Origin: a virus | Taxonomy: Duplodnaviria; Caudoviricetes | Direction: 5' to 3' (one strand) | IMG/VR virus record: IMGVR_UViG_3300050156_000143 | Span: 192,001-256,000 of that record | Length of the DNA stretch: 64,000 nucleotides | Part shown: positions 1 to 9,518 of the stretch, piece after piece | Numbering within the stretch: the stretch's first letter is position 1 | Layout of the letters: each line of letters begins with the position of its first letter | The notes under the pieces: generated by a model | The model's input: the letters and a program-made list of their open reading frames with translations, nothing else | What the model was told of the DNA's origin: nothing | Databases searched by the model: none | Translations under genes and position numbers: made by a program

Positions 1-20
1 CCATCGATGACGACGACGAT

Positions 21-341
21 TTGGCTAAGTTCAACCAAATCATGAAGCCCCATCTTGAGGCAACGTTTGGATTCAAGTGGTCGGCCACACCGACAATGCA
101 AGATATTGCGTCAATGTGTTGCTCAGAGATGAATCTGAAAAACACTAACGTTAACGAAGTGCGCGATCTCTGGTCAAAGCACCAGAGTTTTCGTCTATAC
201 TGCAAACGGTGGTTCTCACGGTCATTTCGTCACGGGCATGACGTTCACGTCACCCTAGTGGATGACATGGTTTTTCGAGAGTCGTTCTCCTGGCCCACCA
301 TGCGAATCCAGGGTGAAATTTACAACATAGAGGATATTTGA
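21..341 (+). CDS. hypothetical protein
   Basis: 106-aa ORF in tightly packed + strand run; start uncertain. Confidence 0.6.
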   Translation: MAKFNQIMKPHLEATFGFKWSATPTMQDIASMCCSEMNLKNTNVNEVRDLWSKHQSFRLYCKRWFSRSFRHGHDVHVTLVDDMVFRESFSWPTMRIQGEIYNIEDI

Positions 342-344
342 AAC

Positions 345-686
345 ATGATTTACGTGACTTCCTCGTATTCAAATTGCCAAGATAAGCACCAGTTGATGCG
401 ACATCTTAACAAGGCAATTGCACATTTTGTCGCCACGCGGCCATTGCAGACATACGTCAGTCCGCTGTATATGCACTATGTCTGTATTGAAGACCCGAGT
501 GTTGGCACCGATTACAAATTTTGGGAACAATGTTGCCGAGAAATTTTACGCAAATGCGACAGCATGATTGTGGTTAAGTTTCCTGGATGGGAAGCTAGCA
601 CGGGTGTTAAAGCTGAAATTCAGGATGCCATTCAGAATGGAATTCAGATTGAATACTTTGATCCAACAGTTTTGGGGGCAATGTGA
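345..686 (+). CDS. DUF1937/DUF4406-like protein (nucleoside deoxyribosyltransferase-like fold)
   Basis: IYVTSSYS...YVSPLYMH...CDSMIVVKFPGWEASTGVKAEI matches the family pattern (GWEXSxGVxxEI). Confidence 0.7.
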   Translation: MIYVTSSYSNCQDKHQLMRHLNKAIAHFVATRPLQTYVSPLYMHYVCIEDPSVGTDYKFWEQCCREILRKCDSMIVVKFPGWEASTGVKAEIQDAIQNGIQIEYFDPTVLGAM

Positions 687-946
687 ACATGAAATTGGCA
701 GAAGTTTTGGATAAACTTGGGATAACATTCCCAATGCGGAAAATCCGCACGGGTAAAACACTTTATGCGCCTGATGGTTTCGCATCCCCGCCGTTATTTG
801 TAGTCCTACATGATTACTCGTGGTTCGGTGATGGGGGTTTGCGCCAACTATGCACCGAGCTATACAATGATTCACTAACCGGCAAACTTGCGGCAAAATC
901 TGCAATCAATGAGCTTATGGTTCTGACAACTTTTCTTTTAACATGA
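683..946 (+). CDS. hypothetical protein
   Basis: 87-aa ORF, 4-nt overlaps with both neighbours. Confidence 0.65.
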   Translation: MNMKLAEVLDKLGITFPMRKIRTGKTLYAPDGFASPPLFVVLHDYSWFGDGGLRQLCTELYNDSLTGKLAAKSAINELMVLTTFLLT

Positions 947-1635
947 GGAACAAAATGGAAACACTTTCTCTACCACGGTTCTTGCAACTTTGCGATCATA
1001 ACATCGTTGAATGTCACAACGATCCAGATCACCCGTTTACTACCCTGACGTGTCAATTCTCCGACGCGGTATTTGTTACCGCTGATTTTGACAAGTTGAC
1101 AAAAGACTGCATGGTGGTCAATCTGTTCGACGGCGACGATGAATACCAATGGGTTGACTATCGACAACAGAATGTTCATCAACCTGACGAACATACTGGC
1201 GCAACAGTGTGCGACAACTTGTCAGACATGGTGGACAAAATTGAAACGCTGTTTTCTGGCAAGTGCTTGGATGGTAGTTCACTTCATCCCCTCGATCTCC
1301 CTCCACACATGCTATACTCATTGCTGATGGACGCACATCACCACGATGTGCCGTTTAATCAATACTTGTCACAGCAACTTCTCTCTCACATCACTCAACC
1401 GGAGCCTTTTACCATGAACAAACCCGAACTCATTTCTTCACTTTCTTCCAACACTTTAACCATCACTTTTGCTAAGAAGGATGGCAGTCAGCGTGTCATG
1501 AAGTGTACGCTTCAGGCTGATAAGCTGCCAGGCGAAGCTCTTCAGCCTACCAAAGACACTGTGATCACGGTGTACGATGTGACCGAGGAAGATTGGCGAT
1601 CAATTGACCTTACCCGGATTGTTTCCGTGGCCTAA
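943..1635 (+). CDS. composite protein with C-terminal WYL_2/DUF2693-like SH3 domain
   Basis: C-terminal ITFAKKDGSQRVMKCTL...VYDVTEEDWRSIDL is typical of T4-like WYL_2 proteins. Confidence 0.65.
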   Translation: MRNKMETLSLPRFLQLCDHNIVECHNDPDHPFTTLTCQFSDAVFVTADFDKLTKDCMVVNLFDGDDEYQWVDYRQQNVHQPDEHTGATVCDNLSDMVDKIETLFSGKCLDGSSLHPLDLPPHMLYSLLMDAHHHDVPFNQYLSQQLLSHITQPEPFTMNKPELISSLSSNTLTITFAKKDGSQRVMKCTLQADKLPGEALQPTKDTVITVYDVTEEDWRSIDLTRIVSVA

Positions 1636-1652
1636 ACGGCCTGAATCAACAT

Positions 1653-1680
1653 AATAGCCCCTCGGGGCTGTTTCATTTTG
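1653..1680 (+). terminator. intrinsic terminator
   Basis: ATAGCCCCTCGGGGCTGT hairpin followed by T-rich tract, just after the 1635 stop. Confidence 0.7.
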
Positions 1681-1722
1681 TGAGCACGGTTTGCAACAAT
1701 GGGCAACACGTTTGTTTTGAAT

Positions 1723-1992
1723 ATGTTTAATCCACTCCACCGTGATTTATTTTTGATAGAAAACGAAATCTGACAGGAGTACACAGAGTTACTCGGTGCT
1801 CAACATTACTTGCGCAGGCATACACTATACTATAACTCGCTGGAATGCTGTGCCAGGCATTACACCATGTTAGAAACAGGTGCTTTATACGGGTATTCAA
1901 TTTGGATTGACCTTGAAATAGGATTATCCAGCGCCATCGTGACCATAACAGATGACGTAAAATTTTATGCAACATTACTTCGTTTAAGTTGA
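1723..1992 (+). pseudogene. hypothetical protein interrupted by in-frame TGA at 1771-1773
   Basis: ATG 1723 is in frame with ORF 1810-1992; a single TGA intervenes (ENEI*QEYTE). Confidence 0.45.
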
Positions 1993-1995
1993 TCA

Positions 1996-2451
1996 ATGCG
2001 CAAACAAACAAAGATATTTGATCCATTGGCTCCCTGGTCAAGTGAATTACGGGATGCGTGGGATAATATGATCGATTGGTCTGCGATTCGTGTGCCAACA
2101 GAAAACTTTGATGAGCGCCTTGATTGGGCACAAAAAGAATCGGGTGGTGACTATGGGTTTTACTTTGAATATGACTTGCGGGATCAAGTGAAATGGCGCA
2201 CTCCAGGGCGTCTGGTGGTGGTTGATGAGAACAAACTCATCGAATATGTGCTGTCAATTGTGTGCTTCTGGGTAGAGGAAACTGATGGTATTCATCTTGG
2301 GGTGTTCCAAATGTTAGACTCAACATTTGATACAGTTGAGCAAACACGAGCGCACTGTGATACACACTTTGGTTATCATCTTGACCACCATGCTCAAATC
2401 GTGGTAACGGATATGACAATGTATGCCGCATTTTGTTTGCGCATTAGTTGA
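1996..2451 (+). CDS. hypothetical protein (C-terminal AxFxL motif family)
   Basis: 151-aa ORF ending DMTMYAAFCLRIS. Confidence 0.7.
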   Translation: MRKQTKIFDPLAPWSSELRDAWDNMIDWSAIRVPTENFDERLDWAQKESGGDYGFYFEYDLRDQVKWRTPGRLVVVDENKLIEYVLSIVCFWVEETDGIHLGVFQMLDSTFDTVEQTRAHCDTHFGYHLDHHAQIVVTDMTMYAAFCLRIS

Positions 2452-2524
2452 CTGCCACAGTCAACTTTGGTGGGCCAACTCTAGGAAACAGTTATACTGC
2501 ACTCAATGATTCACGGGGCAAGAC

Positions 2525-3850
2525 ATGACTTTTTCAAATTGGATGTTGCTTAACGCGGTGCTACTCAGTCTGATTTCAGGGTGGTTCAGTGTGGACGGCA
2601 TGATGGCCATCTTTCCCGGCAATGAGTGGGCGATTGCCACCGCTGGGATGATTATGGAAATCAGCAAGTTGACCATGATTTCTTGGATCAAGTTGAATTT
2701 GAATGGTAAAAAGAGTCACCTCTTTGTTGCCATTGTGATTGCCACGGGGCTGGCCATTTTGACCTCATGCGGGGTTTATGGTTTTTTCGCAAAGCAACAC
2801 GCTAGCGCAGATTCCACAATGGGCGAAACCGGGGCCACCATTGACGAACTTAAATCCAATATTGCTATCAAAACCTCCCAGGTTGCTCGAAAAGTGGAGC
2901 AATTGGCAACATTAGACGCACAAGTGACTGCGTTCACGAATGCAAGTAAAAGTGGCTCCAAAGATGCCCTGTATGCTAGCAACCGTGCAACCAACGTTAG
3001 AAACGCACAGCAAGGCGAGAGAATTCAACTCAATACTGATATTGCCATGCTGGAAGCGGACATTGCCAGGTTGAATGCAACGTTGTCCACGGTGGCAAAG
3101 CATGATCGCAACCTTGCGGCTGACCTTGGGCCAGTGAAATATGCGGCATCCTTGATTTATGGGGCAAATCCAAATCATGCCCAAATCACCACCGTGACGA
3201 CTGGGTGGATTCTTATGATTGTGATGCTTTTTGACCCAACCGCGATCGTGATGTTGTTTTTCGCAACTAAGGCCAAAATCGAACAACCGGTGGAAACCAG
3301 CATTCCCGTGGCGGAAACCCCCAACGTAGAACCCACGATTGAGCCACAGATTGAACAACCTGTTTCTCAGCCTGAACCTCAAGATGTGGTGGAAGAACCG
3401 GTGAAGGAACGGCGCCCGCTTACGTTGAAATTCCACGTTGCTGATCCAGAATCTGAGATCATCACAGTGGGGCAAACAGTTGAGATTTACCGTGACGAGT
3501 CGATGTATTTCCACATTAACGGAAAACGGGTTCATCGTGACGTGGTGAGGTCATCAGTCCCTCAAATGTTTTTGTCTGATCTTGAGCGCACGCTGCCCGT
3601 CGAGACCTTTGGGGTCACTTTTCCCAAGAAAGCAGCCAAAGATGAATACTTCGTGCGCGTGGATGTGACACCTCATCGGCCTTATAAATTTGATGGAGTG
3701 GAGTGGAAACAAATGGGCAAAAACGCTAGTCGTCATGTGACGCCAGAGTATCTCTCATTTTTGGAACAACAGATTCAAGATGGGTTGTATGATGAAGCCA
3801 ACTTGACATCCGCTGAGAAATCCGTGATCGCCACAATGAAGCAAAAATGA
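2525..3850 (+). CDS. membrane-anchored coiled-coil protein (DUF4407-like)
   Basis: three N-terminal hydrophobic helices, long coiled coil, DLGPVKY followed by TM with FDPTAIV, Pro/Glu-rich linker. Confidence 0.7.
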   Translation: MTFSNWMLLNAVLLSLISGWFSVDGMMAIFPGNEWAIATAGMIMEISKLTMISWIKLNLNGKKSHLFVAIVIATGLAILTSCGVYGFFAKQHASADSTMGETGATIDELKSNIAIKTSQVARKVEQLATLDAQVTAFTNASKSGSKDALYASNRATNVRNAQQGERIQLNTDIAMLEADIARLNATLSTVAKHDRNLAADLGPVKYAASLIYGANPNHAQITTVTTGWILMIVMLFDPTAIVMLFFATKAKIEQPVETSIPVAETPNVEPTIEPQIEQPVSQPEPQDVVEEPVKERRPLTLKFHVADPESEIITVGQTVEIYRDESMYFHINGKRVHRDVVRSSVPQMFLSDLERTLPVETFGVTFPKKAAKDEYFVRVDVTPHRPYKFDGVEWKQMGKNASRHVTPEYLSFLEQQIQDGLYDEANLTSAEKSVIATMKQK

Positions 3851-4131
3851 ACACCAGAATGTTTATCACTATGCTTCCAGACAGTGCGTTGCGTGATGGA
3901 TATAGCGCTCTGAGCGAAACAATTGCTGATGATGTGTATCACCTATTTCAAGATGTGTATGAAGGCGATAACTGGGCAGTGATTGGTGCTATGCTTCATT
4001 ATGTGTCCTTGGAATTGCAACGCCAAACGGGACTTCGACGAAGGAAAAGACGACTTAATGGTCAACCTGTGAAATATTGGTGTGAAATTGTGGATCACGC
4101 TAGATTCACCGCTTGGGCGATGGGTTTATGA
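3847..4131 (+). CDS. hypothetical protein
   Basis: ATGA-coupled 94-aa ORF. Confidence 0.65.
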   Translation: MNTRMFITMLPDSALRDGYSALSETIADDVYHLFQDVYEGDNWAVIGAMLHYVSLELQRQTGLRRRKRRLNGQPVKYWCEIVDHARFTAWAMGL

Positions 4132-4442
4132 CGTTGAATTCAACAGTGATTCGCACGGTGATGATGCCGCTTGAACCCGTCATTGACGCTATGTCCACTG
4201 CTATTGCGCAAATATATGAAACTGTGATATATCCGACGTTTCCCCGGTCATATATTCGGAAACCACTGTCGCTATCTGAATCTTCCGGTATGGCGGGGGT
4301 GTACCAGCATTATGTGCTTTTGGAATTTGCCAAACTGTATGGAGTCAGACAGCCTGATTCTGGTTTTTACGCCGGGCCAGGTGTCATCAACCTTGACATC
4401 GTTGATGAAGAATTGTTCGCTGCGTTTCTGCTAGGGTGTTGA
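4128..4442 (+). CDS. hypothetical protein (C-terminal AxFxL motif family)
   Basis: ATGA overlap at 4128; ends DEELFAAFLLGC. Confidence 0.65.
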   Translation: MTLNSTVIRTVMMPLEPVIDAMSTAIAQIYETVIYPTFPRSYIRKPLSLSESSGMAGVYQHYVLLEFAKLYGVRQPDSGFYAGPGVINLDIVDEELFAAFLLGC

Positions 4443-4467
4443 CAACGTTCTGAAAATTTGTGATAAT
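4439..4467 (+). promoter_or_regulatory. sigma70-type promoter of hsp20-clpS
   Basis: TTGACA (4439-4444), 17-nt spacer, GATAAT (4462-4467). Confidence 0.7.
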
Positions 4468-4533
4468 TCCCCCACGTTGACGGCTCACCCTGGGAGTCAA
4501 CGTTAACCTCGCTAATTTTACAGGAGAAATATT

Positions 4534-4974
4534 ATGCGACATTTTGAAATTCCGACATGGTTTGCACACATGAGTTCTGGCAACGTGGAACGATCCGCGA
4601 TCGATGCACTGTTTGCCGATCTGGAACGTGCAACCCGCACAGCAATCGATTCCCGCAAGTATCCGCCCACCAACATCATCAAAACGTTGGATGACGCCCG
4701 TGTCGTTGAAATGGCGGTGGCAGGTTTTGAAAAGGATGACTTGTCTGTTGTGACAGACCGAAAGCAACTGATTATCACTGGGAAACTTCCGAAACCATCG
4801 GATGTGGAATACATGACACGTGGCATCGCCCGTCGAAACTTTGAAACCACTGTGGAGCTACGTGATTATGAAGAAGTGCGCAACATCATCTTGAAAAATG
4901 GTATGCTACGCATTGAACTGGTGCTCAACGTGCCAGAACAAGCCAAACCAGTAACCCATAACATCGTTTCCTGA
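4534..4974 (+). CDS. small heat-shock protein Hsp20/IbpA family
   Basis: YPPTNII...VEMAVAGF...YMTRGIARRNF...LKNGMLRIEL; SD AGGAG 4522-4526. Confidence 0.92.
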   Translation: MRHFEIPTWFAHMSSGNVERSAIDALFADLERATRTAIDSRKYPPTNIIKTLDDARVVEMAVAGFEKDDLSVVTDRKQLIITGKLPKPSDVEYMTRGIARRNFETTVELRDYEEVRNIILKNGMLRIELVLNVPEQAKPVTHNIVS

Positions 4975-4988
4975 AAGGATTTCCCATC

Positions 4989-5285
4989 ATGGCTACTCAA
5001 AATGCCGTCAAGCCGAACAAACAACTGCAAGCACCCAAGTTTTGGAACGTGATTTTTCACGATGGTGTGAAGACGACTCATGAACATATCGTAAGTTGCC
5101 TAGAGGCATTTCTCCGGTATGAGTCTCATGCTGCCACTGATAAGGCCTATGAAGTTTCTGATGATGGTAATGCTGTGGTGGCCACATTGCCGTATGAGAT
5201 CGCAGAAGAAAAGGTGGCTGCTATCAACGGATGCTCTGACATGACGGGCAACGTGTTGAAGGTCACGATGGAAATGTCCACCTAA
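4989..5285 (+). CDS. clpS: ClpS-like adaptor protein (divergent)
   Basis: P-x-x-W-N-V-I-F-H-D...G-N-A-V-V...EIAEEKV aligns along E. coli ClpS. Confidence 0.8.
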   Translation: MATQNAVKPNKQLQAPKFWNVIFHDGVKTTHEHIVSCLEAFLRYESHAATDKAYEVSDDGNAVVATLPYEIAEEKVAAINGCSDMTGNVLKVTMEMST

Positions 5286-5941
5286 TCTATGAAGCAACAT
5301 TCGGCATAATAGACTGAGTGTTGCTTTGGATTACTAACCAACTCTACGCCACCACTCGTGGCGTTTTTCTTATGTGCGGTTCCACCGTATGCCCAAATTT
5401 TGACCTTACTGTGTTGATCTGATACTAGCACAGTGATGGGGGAAATTAGGGACAGGTTGCTGGGCACGGTGTCTAACAGTTCTTTGGCAGGTGGGGTGGA
5501 AGTGACTACCACGATAGATTCAACGTCACAGGCAGCGTTTAGTTCCTTGATGGTTTCATGTAAAAAAGCAACGTCTTCATACATGGCATCGATCTCAGTC
5601 GAATTTCCATACCATCCGTTCGCGCCAATGATAGCCACCTTGTCGGATATGGCATAATCATCGTGCAGATACACGATGTTGTCACGTGTTTCAGAAAATT
5701 GAGTGAAAACTTCTACTACTTGCGAGTTTGGTGTTCTAGAATTTTCCAAAGGGCCGTCGATGAAAAACACGCACTCATAATGTTCCCCAAGATGGTCTAA
5801 CACTTTCTTACACGTTTCCAAATCGTGGCTTATGTTTCCGGCCACCACGCACACATCACTTGTTGCTCGCAATTCCCAATCAAACGATTCATCGACTTGC
5901 AAATTTAAGTCGCTAATCAAATCAAATGTGTGCCCAGACAT
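5282..5941 (-). CDS. calcineurin-like metallophosphoesterase, degenerate motifs
   Basis: FDLISDLNL / VVAGNIS / FIDGPLE / IGANGWY / WAYGGTAH follow the family motif order; TAAATA upstream (5963-5968, minus). Confidence 0.7.
   Translation of the reverse strand: MSGHTFDLISDLNLQVDESFDWELRATSDVCVVAGNISHDLETCKKVLDHLGEHYECVFFIDGPLENSRTPNSQVVEVFTQFSETRDNIVYLHDDYAISDKVAIIGANGWYGNSTEIDAMYEDVAFLHETIKELNAACDVESIVVVTSTPPAKELLDTVPSNLSLISPITVLVSDQHSKVKIWAYGGTAHKKNATSGGVELVSNPKQHSVYYAECCFID
5346..5368 (+). terminator. intrinsic terminator after clpS
   Basis: ACGCCAC-cactc-GTGGCGT followed by TTTT. Confidence 0.6.
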
Positions 5942-5973
5942 CTTATAACCCCTTTGTTCTGATATTTACCGCC

Positions 5974-6393
5974 ATGAATATTGCACAAATGAGCTTGAGC
6001 GACATGTTGACTCAACCTGATGCTCCACTTTGGAAACAAAAGAGGTGTCCGGTGCGCCCATCATTGCAAGAGTTGCACCACATTCATAGCAAGCTGAATG
6101 CCGCCTTGGGGCTGAAAGTGACCACGCCAAAACTCAGCATCAAGCGGATGAGGATGATTTATGGATTGTGTGTTGCGACCAATCCAGTAGAAATAATTTG
6201 TATACCAAATTGGCCAACATTGAGATTCCTTTTATCAATCATGGCTCATGAAATGTGCCATCAATATCAAGTAGAAAATAACCATCCAATGGATCACGAC
6301 GAATTTTTTTACAGTTTTTCACCCCGACTGCATTCACTTGGATTGCCACTGTGTGAAGTGTATGAGTTTCCGTTGCAGGTGATTAATGGCTAA
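5974..6393 (+). CDS. SprT-like zinc metalloprotease
   Basis: IMAHEMCHQYQ...HDEFF (HExxH plus downstream His); start set at ATG 5974. Confidence 0.8.
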   Translation: MNIAQMSLSDMLTQPDAPLWKQKRCPVRPSLQELHHIHSKLNAALGLKVTTPKLSIKRMRMIYGLCVATNPVEIICIPNWPTLRFLLSIMAHEMCHQYQVENNHPMDHDEFFYSFSPRLHSLGLPLCEVYEFPLQVING

Positions 6394-7675
6394 TGGATTA
6401 ACAGGCAGAAAGCCTGGGGACATCTTTAAAAACCAAAATGGGGATATTATTCGATTTGATTCCTTAAAGTTTTACCCAGCGTCTGGCAATCTTAAACTCC
6501 AGGAGTTGAATTCATACCTTGATTCACACAATGTTTACTATGAGAATTCCCCGAGTTCATATTGTGGGGTCTCATTGGCGAAATTTGATGGCTCTGACCA
6601 ACTGAGTTGTCGGTTTTTCCGCAACGTGAATCAAGACCATAGAAGAAACTTTATCCCCAATATCGTTTATGGTGATTACAAACTTAGCTCAAAGCCAAGT
6701 GAAAAAACACGCTCCGGTATAACTCCACAAGACCTGATAGAAGGGTCTGAATTATCACCGGATGATGTTGTGAGACAGCTTGGTGAAAAATTGGGCCTAA
6801 ACCATGCTCTCACCACTATGACAAAAATGGTGGCAAACAATGATCCCTATCCTTATATTATCAAACCACCAAACAACATCGAGTTTGAACCATTTCGGGA
6901 TTATTTTTGTGAAGTGGTTCACCCCATTGCGTTAATGGTGGGGAATCATAGTGGCAATGGTGATGAAGCAGCCTCCAAGTTTTTGGGGACGGGGTTTTCA
7001 AATTGTAAAATTACTTACGGCAATTCCCAGAACACTCAATTTTCAGACAGCACATTGTCATTCCGGGGTAAAGTGGTTCACGTTTCGTCAAAATGTGGAA
7101 ACGGTGCGGCCACCTCTAGCGTCAGTAATTTACAATCGTATTTGGCGGGTGTGAAAGCCGATGCGCTATGGGTGGTGGAAGATATCGTTAATAATGGCCA
7201 GCACGATGCGCCCCTGATAATGGGGCAAAAGTTGGGGATTATTGATGAAAATGATGCCACCATCATCAAAAGTTATAGAAACCGGTTTCTGGTAGATTCT
7301 GAGAACATTTTAGATGGCCTGACTGGCAATCTTCTCGACTTGGCAAAAAACCGTGATTTTGTGGTTACTGAGGTCAGTATGTACAATCACTTGTTGGCAG
7401 CAGTGGCCAGAAAAGTGGCCGACACCGTGAACGCAGACGGAAAGTTTTCCATAGCGTGTGGTGAAATCTTGAACAACACGCCGTTGGTGCAAATGTACTC
7501 AAACGTAACGGTCAACGATGGGATGTGGATAGTAGACGGTTTTACTTCACTAATGCCCACTAGCGCAGTTTCTGATGTTAAACTCGTGGCCAAGAAGAGC
7601 TACTACAGCTCTGGGGTGAAGGGGAAGTACACCTTTCGCATCGTTCAAAAACCTCTCTCGGGGAAATCATCGTGA
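6386..7675 (+). CDS. hypothetical protein, possible PD-(D/E)xK nuclease fold
   Basis: 429-aa ORF; FRDYFCEVVHP and FSDS...VSSK resemble restriction-endonuclease-like motifs. Confidence 0.5.
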   Translation: MANGLTGRKPGDIFKNQNGDIIRFDSLKFYPASGNLKLQELNSYLDSHNVYYENSPSSYCGVSLAKFDGSDQLSCRFFRNVNQDHRRNFIPNIVYGDYKLSSKPSEKTRSGITPQDLIEGSELSPDDVVRQLGEKLGLNHALTTMTKMVANNDPYPYIIKPPNNIEFEPFRDYFCEVVHPIALMVGNHSGNGDEAASKFLGTGFSNCKITYGNSQNTQFSDSTLSFRGKVVHVSSKCGNGAATSSVSNLQSYLAGVKADALWVVEDIVNNGQHDAPLIMGQKLGIIDENDATIIKSYRNRFLVDSENILDGLTGNLLDLAKNRDFVVTEVSMYNHLLAAVARKVADTVNADGKFSIACGEILNNTPLVQMYSNVTVNDGMWIVDGFTSLMPTSAVSDVKLVAKKSYYSSGVKGKYTFRIVQKPLSGKSS

Positions 7676-7836
7676 AAATTGGCACCGGAATAGCGATCGT
7701 GGGGACATGGGTGTGTGCTATGACGACCCTGTGGTTCGTCGATGATGTGGGCGGCTTTTTCTGCCTGATTGCCGTGATCGTGGCTTACAAATTGACTGGT
7801 ATGTTTTTGGAACATGAGTTGCGTAATGGCGGTTGA
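7672..7836 (+). CDS. small membrane protein
   Basis: 54-aa GTG-start ORF overlapping previous stop, two hydrophobic segments; below ORF-track cutoff. Confidence 0.5.
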   Translation: MKIGTGIAIVGTWVCAMTTLWFVDDVGGFFCLIAVIVAYKLTGMFLEHELRNGG

Positions 7837-7863
7837 CTGTTCTACCCACCTTGGAGTTTCATC

Positions 7864-8187
7864 ATGACGACACTTTCTTTGCTACCTTGGTACACACCTT
7901 GGCATCCATCTGATAATCATGATCCATTGTTGCCACCGCCTGGCGTTGCTTTGACGGATAGGGTTGGCATCATTCGCCGCGATGGAGTTGAAGAACATGC
8001 AGTGGCAAATGATGTATGCTGGGATTGGGATAACCAATGGTGTGGTGGCCCTGACGACATCATCGCATTTTTTGTCAAAAATGCTGCCAGCTTGAATCTA
8101 CAATCTGAGTATTATGCTGCGGTCAAGCAGTCTTATTGCTGCCTACTAGGAGTTCATTGTGACGACCAAATTTGTTTATGCTGGTGA
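7864..8187 (+). CDS. hypothetical protein (W..P...DG...W.W..DI module)
   Basis: GGAG SD; VGIIRRDG...CWDWD...DDIIAF. Confidence 0.65.
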   Translation: MTTLSLLPWYTPWHPSDNHDPLLPPPGVALTDRVGIIRRDGVEEHAVANDVCWDWDNQWCGGPDDIIAFFVKNAASLNLQSEYYAAVKQSYCCLLGVHCDDQICLCW

Positions 8188-8542
8188 TATGATAGAAGCC
8201 AATGGGAAATCTGTCAGAGAAAATAACCAAATGCTACAACATACGATCCCGTGTGGTGCAATCGTGCGAGAGGTCAATTCTGGCCTGGTTTGCTATGTGG
8301 CTACTCAGGATCGAGATTGCGATGGCACGCCAGTGTATGGTCTGACTATTAGACCAGAAATGGTCAATGCGACTGAACCACTTCATCCTGCTGGTGATGA
8401 TCCTTTTTTGAAAATGATGTATCAGATTGCGCGAGGCCAGTGGCAAATGGGGATCGACAGGGGATATGCCGAGGGAGATTTGGTTGTAGAACGAAACCCG
8501 ACGCCGCACGAGATTGCTAAATTTGGGGAATTCAACCAATGA
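8159..8542 (+). CDS. hypothetical protein
   Basis: 127-aa ORF with QHTIPCG...RDCDGTPVYGL, a recurrent phage motif. Confidence 0.7.
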   Translation: MTTKFVYAGDMIEANGKSVRENNQMLQHTIPCGAIVREVNSGLVCYVATQDRDCDGTPVYGLTIRPEMVNATEPLHPAGDDPFLKMMYQIARGQWQMGIDRGYAEGDLVVERNPTPHEIAKFGEFNQ

Positions 8543-8892
8543 CGACTAATTTAATCGACGCCTTCAATCAAGCCCAGCAGGCCGTCTACGACCATGTGGG
8601 ATATGTTGAAGGATATGTTGAAGAATGGTGCGTGATACCAATTGATGATCAAACCAATCGGTTCTGGAAAATTGTCGGAACGGAATCAGATGGTGTGGTC
8701 AGATTTGCCAGCACAGTTGCAATCTTGCAAGACGATGAAGCAGAGATGTACTATGAATATGTGATTTACACTCAACGGTTTTTGCCAAAATGGGTCTACC
8801 GTGGGGCAACTTATACCATGATCGTGTCTGACACCAGAACGGACGGCAACAAGGTGCTAGCCATTTTCTCAAACAACAGAGAAGTTAAGTAA
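8539..8892 (+). CDS. hypothetical protein
   Basis: ATGA-coupled; IVSDTRTDGNKVLAIF recurrent phage motif. Confidence 0.7.
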   Translation: MTTNLIDAFNQAQQAVYDHVGYVEGYVEEWCVIPIDDQTNRFWKIVGTESDGVVRFASTVAILQDDEAEMYYEYVIYTQRFLPKWVYRGATYTMIVSDTRTDGNKVLAIFSNNREVK

Positions 8893-8909
8893 CCAACAAA
8901 GGGGTTAAC

Positions 8910-9104
8910 GTGACACTCAAACTGACTCCACAAAAGACGGTGAACGGTGATGTTGAATATGTTTCCGGTGAATTCACTTTGCGCCGAGAGTTTGTGGAAG
9001 GGCACCGGATGTCCGTTGTTTGGGTGCTGCGTAAAAACCTGAAACGAATCGATTATTCAGCAGAATTGTCTGCTATTTTGGCCAGAAACGGTCTAACAAC
9101 TTGA
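8910..9104 (+). CDS. hypothetical protein
   Basis: 64-aa GTG-start ORF with AAAGGGG SD. Confidence 0.55.
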   Translation: MTLKLTPQKTVNGDVEYVSGEFTLRREFVEGHRMSVVWVLRKNLKRIDYSAELSAILARNGLTT

Positions 9105-9236
9105 AAGGAAATGATGATGAAAACTGTTGAAAAAACTGACGAACAACTTGACGCGATGATTTACAGGGTGATGGCGGGCGTGGTGGTGTTTGGGGTGTCA
9201 GTAGTTATTTGGTTCCATCATTTTGGCTAAGTTGTT

Positions 9237-9413
9237 ATGAAGCCCATCCCCCCATCAAGCGAATATTTGAAAGAAGAGAGTGGTCTTGGCGTATTGGTCT
9301 GCTTGTTGATTGCTTTCTTTCTCGGATTGATCGCCGTTGGCGCCATCATGTTAACAACCCCTGAACAGGCTGTGTGCCCTGCGCGCAATTCGGCATCGCC
9401 ACCTTGGTTGTGA
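9237..9413 (+). CDS. small membrane protein
   Basis: 58-aa ORF with one hydrophobic helix (LGVLVCLLIAFFLGLIAVGAIML). Confidence 0.45.
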   Translation: MKPIPPSSEYLKEESGLGVLVCLLIAFFLGLIAVGAIMLTTPEQAVCPARNSASPPWL

Positions 9414-9518
9414 ACATTGACCTGACAGAGAGGTTGTTACACAAATGGCACCTCTTTTGTTTACACTTGTGTCACAATGTTCGTATCGACCACACCCAAT
9501 CCGACCATTGCGCCCCAT

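Noticed and set aside
1723-1992. Stop-codon reassignment (TGA read-through) suggested by the in-frame TGA at 1771
   Set aside because: Isolated case; long genes are intact in code 11, and TGA, TAG and TAA all serve as stops
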